A DNA stretch of 43,973 nt from Atractiella rhizophila (Eukaryota): contig MU271534.1 of NCBI GenBank assembly GCA_021432655.1, positions 1-43,973 on the forward strand, read 5' to 3'. The position numbers were made by a program, and so were the translations under genes. The notes under the pieces were generated by a model. That model saw nothing but the letters and a program-made list of their open reading frames with translations, did no database searches and had not been told where the DNA came from. This document shows, one piece after another, positions 1-13,965 of this stretch. Every line of letters starts with the position of its first letter. Positions within the stretch are counted from its first letter, which is position 1.

Positions 1-194
1 AATACATCGGCATGTCAGATCTTGAGATTCGTGTGTAACGTAAAACCATCAAGCTCCAAGCATCAGTCAATAAGAGGAATCAATGTCCAGCGAACAATTA
101 AACACGAGCGGCGAATTTAATAACTCCTCCCTTCCGGCATGTGCTTATCTTCTTTCTTCTTCAAGGGATTCGGGTGACCAACGGTGCAGAATTC

Positions 195-890
195 CTAGTA
201 CTTAGCACCTTGCAGCGGCGGCGCGTATCCACCCTGAGGAGGCTGTTGTGGCATATACCCTCCCTGAGGCGGCCCTCCGTATCCTCCCTGCATTTGAGGA
301 TTGTAGCCTGCCGGCGGTGGCGGACCTCCCCAACCCATCGGCTGTTGAGGGGCGTATCCTCCTATGGCAACAAACATTGTCAGCGCCTCTACAGTCGACA
401 CATGAAGAAAGGGGAAAGCACGAACCCATCATTGGCGGCCCTCCTTGTGCTACAGGCGGCGCAGGACCAGACTGGTCGGCTTCCCAATTACAGATGGGAC
501 AGTACCAGATGTAGGAAGATGAAATAGGACAGAGAGGGACACAGCATCTGTAGGTCGGATCGTCCAGAGTCAGCCATTACTTCGTCCTGGAGGAAGGATT
601 GATGAAGTTGGAAAGGGTACGCACATCTCTAGTTTCTTGCTCTTCTTCGCTCCTGTTACTGATGCGTTCCTGCAGCGAGGACACCACCGTGGAGTCTGAT
701 CCCCTTCTTGCGATATCCTACCCGCAAACATTTAGCTCTACCATCCTGTAGCATCTGGGAAAGAGAACAACATACTGGTCGCTACATCCCTAGAACGAAG
801 CGAGGATGAATGATTACGAGGGCAGGATGTAAAAGGGAAGGAACGAACAAGAGAGATGCAGATACAGAACCCAAAGTCGTCGTCGCACAT
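195..890 (-). CDS. Small zinc-ribbon (zinc_ribbon_15-like) protein with Pro/Gly/Gln/Tyr-rich C-terminal tail; 5 exons
   Basis: Manual splicing on the minus strand with GT..AG introns gives MCDDDFGFCICISLGCSDQISQEGDQTPRWCPRCRNASVTGAKKSKKLEICCVPLCPISSSYIWYCPICNWEADQSGPAPP...GGYAPPLQGAKY*. It has two CxxC pairs (CPRC, CPIC) flanking a hydrophobic CCVPL segment. ATG at 890, stop at 195-197. Confidence 0.75.
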
Positions 891-1279
891 CGTTTAAGCT
901 TATGTCGCGCAACAAGTGAAGATAAATCCCAAAGTCCAAAGATGAAGCTGAAACTGAAGATAAGGAGGAGCTGGTCGCGGTCTGTCAAGTGACCCGGGAA
1001 GGACAACAGCTGGAGGCTGTGCGACCAAGACGTTAGAACCGTGTCGACTGACAAGAACAAAGAGAACGAATATACCAGAAGATACGAGCTGACGTGCGCT
1101 AACCAAGAAACAGAAGAAGCTCCAATGGTTTGAAGCACTTGGCAGAACTCTTGGAGCCGAGGAAGTCCGAAATGTGAACAACAGATCGTTATTCATCCGA
1201 CGTCTAAATTACCAGCAGGAAACTTGTTTTGACTTGAAATTCTGAAAAACATGGACAAAGCATCTTTTGGGGATTACAA

Positions 1280-2330
1280 AATGACGGGAGCCACAGTTCT
1301 CTCTCCTTCTACGGAGCCTCAACAACGATTCCGATGTGACGAGTCAAGCTTTCTCCGGCATGTGCGTTGGCTCTCAGCAAGTTCTATTTTCTCGTACTAT
1401 CAGTCCAGTCCTCTACACCGACGTCGCCTTTCACGCTGGTGATACAGCAGCATTTATTTCCTCCGTGAAAGAAATGCTCGAGCTGCTCTGGCATTGAGAC
1501 GTCTGGCGATCCATCCCACTGCCGAGAGGTGTCATATCGCCTCCTGCAGAGACCTCAACAGGCGAAGATTTGAGCGTCTTTCTCTCTATGATCTTACGAA
1601 AGAAGCAGGCACACAGTTGCGTCTCCACAACAATCAAAACGCTGCGACCAACTTACCTGCTTCACCTAATCTACGAGAGCTGAATATCCGTGGTGACTAC
1701 AACGACCTCTCAGTCGGATTCCCCAAGCCCGAGATCATGGAGCTCACGGATGCTGTCAGACCACACTATGCCTTATAAATGGCCTTTACAAAGCTCCTGC
1801 GCTGAGGTCCCTCACCCTTGAGCCGCACCATTGTCCTAAAAGTTTGCAGTGGCTGCGAACTATCGATGAATGGGACGTTCGACCTTCTGAGTCTCTGAAC
1901 AACGGGTTGACGCATCCTGTCGCTCAATCTACAGCTTCTTCTCAACGTTGAGACCTCAGTACTATCTGACACCCTTTCTGTGAACTAGTCGAGTTTCCCT
2001 GTCCTAACTCTTGCACACTGTGCTTCCAGTCTTTCCCAACCTTCCTTGCCTCCGGCTTCAACATAAACGCCATTCGCACGGGTTGTTTAACTCGACATTC
2101 ACTTAACCAAGTCGTTCCCGAACTCAGTAAGCACAAATCACTTATTACTCTCGATCTCTGGAACTTCCTCATCGATTCTCCACTGAAACGTCCTTATGAA
2201 TTTTCACCGTCCTTCTTGAGGGTCACATTTTGTCGGTTGGTCAACCAGTGCAGTGCTGAATCGCCCATGCACGGTGAATCTGCACCACCTCCGACAGCTT
2301 CCTTCGCTTCTCCATCAACTCAGTAGGATA
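1280..2330 (+). pseudogene. Decayed F-box/LRR (RNI-like)-type gene remnant
   Basis: Fragments in shifting frames read ALSKFYF / SRTISPVLYTDVAF / AFISSVK / NARAALALRRLAI / PNLRELNIRG / LRILSLNL / SLITLDLWN. This resembles the fungal F-box plus LRR pattern, with several frameshifts and stops. Confidence 0.45.
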
Positions 2331-2462
2331 ATCAAGCTTTGCTAAATTCGGGTCCCTGTCACTTTCTCATGAGGTGCGTTTGAGATTATTCCTTTTCATT
2401 CAACTCGAGCCGAGAGGTATTTTCTCGAATTCGGATTGGAGAGACACGGACGCCATTATCAC

Positions 2463-3537
2463 TTGATTGTTATTCTTCGCTGACCAGATGTAAGTCCAAT
2501 GTCCGAATAATAATGAGATAATTGCATTGGACAAAAATTGCTTCAGGTCGCCATTGATGTTAAGTATTGACAGATTCTCTGGGTAAGATGAACGAGAGAG
2601 CAATGAGAGGTAGCAAAGAAAACGCTGTTTCCGAAGCTGCACAGGAATACTGAGACGCTGTAGTTATTCCATTGAAGCCTCCGATCCACCATGGAGACTT
2701 ACAGGAGACAGAGATTGTGTAAGAAAGTGGCAGAAACCAGGCTGCAGTTTGGCATACTGGATATGGCATCATGCGCAATATGACTACCCTGAAAGCAAAG
2801 GAGGGGCCCTAATAGTGCTTCCTTCGAGTTTAAGAATTTTTGGTGACCTTGAATTTGTTCAAGACGCCAGAGCATGACGTGAACGGAAATATCTTTAACA
2901 TAAGGGGTCCCCCTCTGCTGCCTAAATACGTATTTGGTTCCAGTAAAACCACGGAATAGTCTTGATAAACGAGAAGTTATTCTGAGGCTGATGCTACACC
3001 TGAATTCAACGAGAACATCAACACCCTCAGCCTCCCTCCTGGGACGGTATCTACGCACACACACAGTAAGGTCAACGCTTTCATTCCTGGTACACGCTTA
3101 ATCCCTTCATAACGTAAGGTGATAATAACTTCATTCCTCTTTCCCGAATATCTTGAGAACAAAGGATAGAAGTGAAGTGCGTCCGAGTCGCGCCGTGTGT
3201 ATGTTTGGGTACGTAAATTCATAGTCCTTCATTCAAACTCAAGTTCTGCAACAGGTCCAGTCCACAACCGCCTTCCCTCATCACACAGACAACTATCCAC
3301 CTCCGAGAGCGTTCCAAAGGAATAAGTCGAACAGGAAAGAAAGGTATAAGATGTGCCACTTCGCTTTCTCGGGAGAACAGGAAGTGACAAGCTGACCGCA
3401 ATACCGCGGGTTGCAGTGCCTCCGTTTATACTTTGAGACGACCAAGCAAATCAACAGTGGACGCCTTTCCGAAGCACACATTAGTCTATAAAAGGGCGAA
3501 TATCCCTCCAAGTCCCCTTTCACCCTTCCCACCAACC
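2463..3537 (+). repeat. Copy 1 of a ~1.07-kb direct duplication
   Basis: Runs from ttgattgttattcttcgctgaccagatgtaagtcca to cctttcacccttcccaccaacc. It is collinear with 3794-4862 apart from scattered substitutions and small indels. The ORF track shows near-identical paired ORFs (e.g. 2699-3064 vs 4030-4389). Confidence 0.95.
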
Positions 3538-3566
3538 GTCGGGGAACGCTCCAACGCAGAGGCTAG
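3537..3566 (+). mobile_element. Helitron-like 3' terminus (subterminal hairpin + CTAG|T)
   Basis: cgtcggggaacgctccaacg (3537-3556) folds as an imperfect 8-bp stem with an AACG loop, followed 6 nt later by CTAG (3563-3566) and T. No 5' TC end or RepHel ORF could be located. Confidence 0.4.
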
Positions 3567-3793
3567 TAAGTAAATCTAATCTAACCTAAGATACTTTCTA
3601 ACGAAGAGTCCGTGGAGGGAATAAGCCAAGAGGGAGTGAAGAGAAGAGCTCCTGACGTTGCGCGAGCCCACTTGAACTGTGTGGCCGTGGTGTTGAGTTG
3701 GAACACCGTGGCGTGAGCTCGTGCACTTGAACATAAACGGACCTGCTGTCTACCGCAGGGTTGGAAGCACCTTACGGATGGCAATTCGGGAGT

Positions 3794-4862
3794 TTGATTT
3801 GTTATTCTTCGCTGACCAGATGTAAGTCCATGTCCGAATAATAATGAGATATTTTCATTGGACAAAAATGGCTTCAGGCCGTCGTTGATGTTGAGTATTG
3901 ACGGATTCTCTGGTTAAGGTGAACGAGAGAGCATGAGAGGTAGCAAAGAAGACGCTGTTGTCCGAAGCTTCACAGGAATACTGAGACGCTGTAGTTGTTC
4001 TGTTGAAGCCTCCGATCCACCATGGAGACTTACACGAGACAGAGAATGTGTGAGAAGGTGGCAGAAACCAGGCTGCAGTTTGGCATACTGGATATGGCAT
4101 CATGCGCAATATGACTACCCTGAAAGCAAAGGAGGGGCCCTAATAGTGCTTCCTTCGAGTTTAAGAATTTTTGGTGACCTTGAATTTGTTCAAGACGCCA
4201 GAGCATGACCGGAACGGAAATATCTTTAACATAAGGGATCCCCCTCTGCTGCCTAAATACGTATTTGGTTCCAGTAAAACCACGGAATAGTCTTGATAAA
4301 CGAGAAGTTATTCTGAGGCTGATGCTACACCTGAATTCAACGAGAACATCAACACCCTCAGCCTCCCTCCTTGGACGGTATCTACACACACACAGAGTAA
4401 GGTCAAGGCTTTCATTCCCGGTACACGCTTAATCCCTTCATAACGTGAGGTGATAATAACTTCCTTCCTCTTTCCCGAATTTCTTTTCTTGAGGACAAGG
4501 GATAGAGGTCAAGTGCGTCCGAGTCGTGCCGTGTGTATGTTTGGGTACGTAAATTCATAGTCCTTCATTCGAATTCAAGTTCTGCAACAGGTCCACCTTC
4601 TCTCATTACACAGACAACTATCCGCCTCCGAGAGCGTTCCAAAGGAATAAGTCGAACAGGAAAGAAAGGTATAAGATGTGCCACTTCGCTTTCTCGGGAG
4701 AACAGGAAGTGACAAGCTGACCGCAATACCGCGGGTTGCAGTGCCTCCGTTTATACTTTGAGACGACCAAGCAAATCAACAGTGGACGCCTTTCCGAAGC
4801 ACACATTAGTCTATAAAAGGGCGAATATCCCTCCAAGTCCCCTTTCACCCTTCCCACCAACC
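3794..4862 (+). repeat. Copy 2 of the ~1.07-kb direct duplication (includes promoter of the 4916 gene)
   Basis: Collinear with 2463-3537 and ends 54 nt before the ATG at 4916. Confidence 0.95.
4812..4818 (+). promoter_or_regulatory. Putative TATA box (TATAAAA) of cupredoxin-DUF3455 gene; second copy at ~3488
   Basis: ctataaaagg lies about 100 nt upstream of ATG 4916, followed by a CT-rich tract. Confidence 0.55.
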
Positions 4863-4915
4863 TCAACCTACTCATAACGCATCCAATCCTACCCTACTTT
4901 TGACGAGAGAAGAAG

Positions 4916-6620
4916 ATGACCCGTTCCTACCTTCCCCTGCTCCTTCCCACCATCTCCCTCCTTTCTTCGGCCATCCCACCAACATCAGCAGCACCAGGCA
5001 ACGGTGAATGGCGCTTCGGTTCCTTCTTAGGCGGTTGGGGTGATGGTGCTCCCTCCTCGTCCTCCTCGGGGTCCACCAGCGCGCTGGCAGACGGAGCTTC
5101 CTCCAAGAACGCTGCTAATGGACCGAGTGGGACGACGAACAATGCGAGCGTGTATGCACCGGGAGATGTACAGGTCGTCGTCGTTGGAGGAGAGGCTGGA
5201 TTAGTGTATTCGTGAGTCACCTCGCACTCTTCAACCTCACACCTCCATCCAGAGGCACTGGAATGTTTCCTGACGGGCTTCCTCTGGAACAGACCATCGA
5301 TAATTACCGCCTCCGTCGGTTCGAAAGTATTCTTCGAATTCCAATCCAAAAACCACACCGTGACCCAGTCCACATTCGACTCGCCCTGCACACCCCTCGA
5401 CGCCGGCTTCTCCTCCGGATTCCTCTTCTCGACCCTCGGCGGAAACTCGTCCACATCCACATCCGGTCCAGGCTTCGTGCTCGAAGTAACCGACGACCAG
5501 CCCATCTGGTTCTACTGCGCTCAAACCCTCCCCGTGAACCACTGCGAGGCCGGAATGGTGGGTGCCATCAACCCTCCGACGGAGGGGAACACGTATGAGT
5601 CGTTCCTCGCTAATGCTCTCGCTCTTGGGAGCGCGAGCGGAAGTGCAAATGGCAGTGGGACGAATAGCTCGATTCCACCCACGAATGCTACGTTTAGCCA
5701 GCCGTCGATCACGGGTTCGGCTTACCCTGCTCCGACAAGCTCATCTTCTGACTCCGGAGGCTGGAATGGGACTTCCACGGGTAGTGGAAACGTAACGACG
5801 GTTTCCGGATTCGGATCCAAGTGCAACTTGACAGATATCGGCCTGACGTTCCCTGAAGGATCGAACCTGACCATTCCCGAGGGAGCAGTGGTTGATTATG
5901 TGGCTTTGGGAGGCGGAACGCAGGTGCGTCTCCTGCACTCTCCACCTTTTCGGGATTCAGAGTGCTAATGTGATACTGCGATATCTAGAACTACACCTGC
6001 ACATCGGGCAAGTACACCTCGATCGGGGCCGTCGCAGGCCTCGTAGACGTCTCCTGTCTCGTCGACGCCTCCTACTTCCTCGACCTTCCCGCGGTCGCCC
6101 TCATCCTCGGCCAAGCGTACGACTCAGACGGAAACCTGAACCTGACCTCCGAGGTGAACCAGACGCTATCCGCCTACTCCCCCGACGCGGTGACGGCGCT
6201 CCAGGTGCTGCTGAACAGCGACAACTGGATGCAGTACTACCTCGGCCTGCACTCCTTCACCTTCTTCCCCGAAGGCGCGACCAAGGCCTCGCCGGAGTTC
6301 ATATTCCCTCAAGAGGATGGAACGGTGTCGGCACAGGATTATGTCATTGGAAACCTCACGGCGAGCTATCCGGACCCGGTGGATTCGAAGGCGAACATCA
6401 ATTGGTTGCAGCTTTCGGCTATCGATGGACAGCTTGCGACGGGCGTTTATAGGATCGTGACTGCTGGAGGGGTGCCGCCTGCTTCTGTACGTCTGTCTAG
6501 CTTTTTCTTGATGCAGTGAAGGTTGCTCATGCTTGCGGTGGTGGATGATGATGACAGTGCGATACTGAGGGTGAGGAGTTGGATGTTGACTATGCCGCGT
6601 TCTACGTTTTCACTTCATGA
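4916..6620 (+). CDS. Secreted protein: signal peptide + fungal extracellular cupredoxin domain + Ser/Thr linker + DUF3455-like domain; 4 exons
   Basis: Introns 5212-5292, 5924-5988 and 6487-6557 keep the frame. Hydrophobic N-terminus MTRSYLPLLLPTISLLSSA. Cupredoxin motifs VVVGG..LVYSP, KNHTVTQSTF..PC and PIWFYCAQ...HC.AGMVGAIN. DUF3455 motifs VALGGGTQNYTC, LGLHSF, NINWLQL and YRIVTAGGVPPASC...VDYAAFYVF. Stop TGA at 6618-6620. Confidence 0.85.
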
Positions 6621-7072
6621 GATTGAGATGGAGATGGAGAGGAGACGGGGTCGGAGGTGGAGTGGAGCATGCAGTTGGAAAGACTGTTGGATAGATGGAG
6701 GTATTCCCAACGCCGTCCAGTGACGGTGAGAGAGGATGGGAGTTACGCTTACGGTCAAAATAGTACTTTACATGGACAATGAAACTGCAACTCGCACGGT
6801 CGTTACGCATAGCATTGATTCGTTTTTTGCCATCTGAGTAAACTTTACAACAAGCAATATGCTCCCTCCATAACATTTCAGTATGATCCTCGACAGAAGA
6901 TATAAAAGCGGTCCACGAGCAATGTGAGCTTCATAACAGCATCCAGAAAGCGCCTCTAAACTGATAAATGGCATTGTTTGGGGCGGTTCCGAGAAGACAA
7001 GGTTCCGACACGTCTCACGTTCTATCTTCCACTCACCAGCCAAGAGGCACATCGACGAAATCGCACAGAGCG

Positions 7073-11195
<4,123 letters not shown>

Positions 11196-11414
11196 AAGTG
11201 GATAAGGCAGCGTCAGCGACGTAGTTCGAAAGTGCAACGTTTGATGGACAGCCTTTTTGTCTAAAGGACTGATTGAGGAGACCGTTCGTTCGTTTATCAT
11301 GGATTGATTTAATTTTCGAACGTACTTGAAGCTTGCGCTGGGTTGAAGGGAGGTTGAGAGTTATGATTTAAACGTAGATGTTGTGATTGTGTCTGTGATG
11401 CTGCCTCATCTCAT

Positions 11415-11440
11415 GGATTGATTTGATTTGATTTGATTGA
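11415..11440 (+). repeat. Short (GATTT)n microsatellite in STE20 3' region
   Basis: ggattgatttgatttgatttgattga. Confidence 0.7.
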
Positions 11441-12195
11441 CTGTATTTCACTTTCTTTATGCTTCAGTGTCCAGAATGAAATCCTGAAAGTATATACCAG
11501 AGCCACAGTGCTCAGTGCACTCAAGTTCCATGTCGCATATTCATCAACGGATATCAAAGTCGACTGAGCCAAAGCTTAGATTGGTGCTTGCTTACTCCCA
11601 AGTTTCCCTCTCTCCTTCTCCCAGTGACTCCCCTAGTGAGTTCAGGATATCGAGCCCGCGGGTATGCTCCCACTTGGTGTCCTCCTTGGTCGTGCTGTCC
11701 GCACGGAAGTAACGACATATGGGACAGATGTCGACAGAGTTCAGTTTGAGGAAGAACGTCCGTAGTTTGACCGCTCCTGTGATAGTAGGTCGAGTGCTCC
11801 CGCGGTTTGCAATTGGGAAACACGGAGCCAAGAACAGGATGCCATTGACTATTGAACACCAAAAAGCGCGAGTGATTGAGATGTGTGCGAAGAAATAGAG
11901 TACGGGCGACAGGAAAATGCATTCCGGGACTGAACAGGGAGCGAGAGATATTCCTGCCCGCGTCTCGCGGGGAGACCACTTCCTCGCAAGGTGTGCATCA
12001 ACATAGACGACGACAGGCAGCTGAAAGTATGCAGTAATAGCTTACTTGAATATCGGGAGGGGTGACCAGCGTGGGGATAATTGAAGGCACAGCGTTTAGG
12101 CAGCGTAGCGGCATAAAAAGGATCTGTCCCTCTTTCTGTTATAACGATCAGTCAAGCTCTCAGTCAGAGGATCAGAATCAGTTGCACCAACCGAA

Positions 12196-13408
12196 ATGTC
12201 GTCAGCCGAAGACTTTCCACGCCTCCATCCCGAACTCCGCCAGCTATACGCTACTGTCTTTGCGGCTGGCTACCCTGCGCCGATCAGTTCGCACCCGTCC
12301 CAACATCTGAGGCTCATCCCAGTGCCTTCCGATCCAATCCCATCTTCCATCGCGAAGACAGAGAACGTAGAGATTCCTGGAGGGGATGGGCAGCCCTTAA
12401 GATTGGTGGTTGTCAGACCAGTGAATGCGGGACTGGAGAAGGTTCCTGCCGTAATGAGTTTGCATAGCGGGGGTGGAGTGGCTTTCGCTCCTGAGTATGT
12501 TTCCCATCTGTCCCAGAGCAGAGCAGGACTCTAATCAGTACCAATGGCTAGATTTAATTTTGGGGTTTACTCTGTCTTTGCTCAACAGGGCGTAGCGATT
12601 GTCAGCGTGGATTATCGACTAGCTCCAGAACACAGACTTCCCGCTTCTCCCAAAGATGCAGAAGCAGCTTGGAAATATATAACATCACCCGACGGCGCGG
12701 AGAGGTTAGGAATCGACACGAAAAAGTTGGGGGTACTCGGTTCTTCCTTTGGCGGTTTCCTCGCAGTGGGATTGGTACACAAACTTGCGCAGGACAAATC
12801 GGCAATAAAACCCAAACTCGTCATATTGGACTCGTAAGTTTAATGCAGCAAGCCTTAGGTGCAAGCTACTTATGAAGTATGTAGACCCCTGCTCAGCGAC
12901 CCAACTGTCCCGTTCGCGGCGGAACATGGGGAACTGAAAAAGTATTACTCGGTTCGTTCCCTCTCAGATTAATAAAACGCCAGACGGACTCAATGTGTTG
13001 TGCCTGCAGGTTTGGACCACCCAAAATGATGCAGACCTTAGCGTCCACCTCGACTCATCTACAGCCACCAGAAAGGCTTTGACACCGCTCAACACCATCT
13101 CGAAGATAGCGGCCTCTTCTTTGCCCCCACATTGTGCGTCTCCTCATACGTCCTCTATCGCAATCCCACAAAATGAAGAAAGACTAATGCTTAATCCTTT
13201 TCTAGATATAAGCGTAGCCGAATTCGATTCTCTGTCAAAAGGACAGATGGAATACGGATTCCTCCTCCTCGAAGCCGGAGTACCACTCGATCTGAAGGTA
13301 TGGAAGGGAACGGTGCACATCTTCCCTACCATTGCTGCACAGTTGGATATTGGCAAGAAAGCAATCATGGAATGGATCGAAGCTTTCAAGCTTGCCATCA
13401 CTTCTTGA
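12196..13408 (+). CDS. Hormone-sensitive-lipase-family alpha/beta hydrolase (Abhydrolase_3 esterase/lipase); ~5 exons
   Basis: HSGGG oxyanion motif, VSVDYRLAPEH, nucleophile GSSFGG, acid in VAEFDSL and His in KGTVHIF, spread over ORF pieces 12196-12534, 12544-12837 and 12995-13408 joined by short introns. Confidence 0.88.
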
Positions 13409-13965
13409 TGTTCGTTGTTATGGAACGTCTTCTATAACCATGCAATCATCAATCATATATACCTTTTCACGCAGCAACCATTCTTCCCAATCCCTGCCTC
13501 GAGCAATGCGTCTTCTTCGTTATGGGAAGTAAAAAATAAAATAGTTGTGAGCTAGCTCTGGTTACTACCCTCCATCGTCAGAAGATGATCTAAATAAAAC
13601 TACAAAACTGTAGGAATGGAAGAAGGATAAAAATGGTTCCTTGCAGACCGTAACGTAACAATATAAGTATGAGCAGCCCGTGACACCGTTGAGGGAATGG
13701 TCAGATAAAACAGATAAACGAAGGCGCAATGATTATTAAACTTCCATGGGAGAAAATAACACCAAAATGGTCAGCTATGATGGTGCATTGTGTTATCGCT
13801 GTGTAGACACAAATCTTCTGAAGTCCAAGAAAAGTGCACACTTAAGGATGAAGAGCAGACATTGTTGGCGTTGAAGATGCTCGCATTCACCTGGGTAATC
13901 GGGAACTACAGACCTTGGCATGTTGAAGGCCACAGCTGCTGTCAGAGAGGAAAGCTGTTAAGAAC

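Noticed and set aside
2463..4862. LTR retrotransposon interpretation of the direct repeats
   Set aside because: No TG...CA termini, PBS/PPT or target-site duplication; only ~255 nt lie between the copies, and copy 2 contains a host promoter.
11200..12190. Possible pheromone precursor or STE3 next to STE20
   Set aside because: No short ORF ending in a CAAX motif, no repeated peptide units and no 7-TM ORF were seen here or elsewhere in the window.
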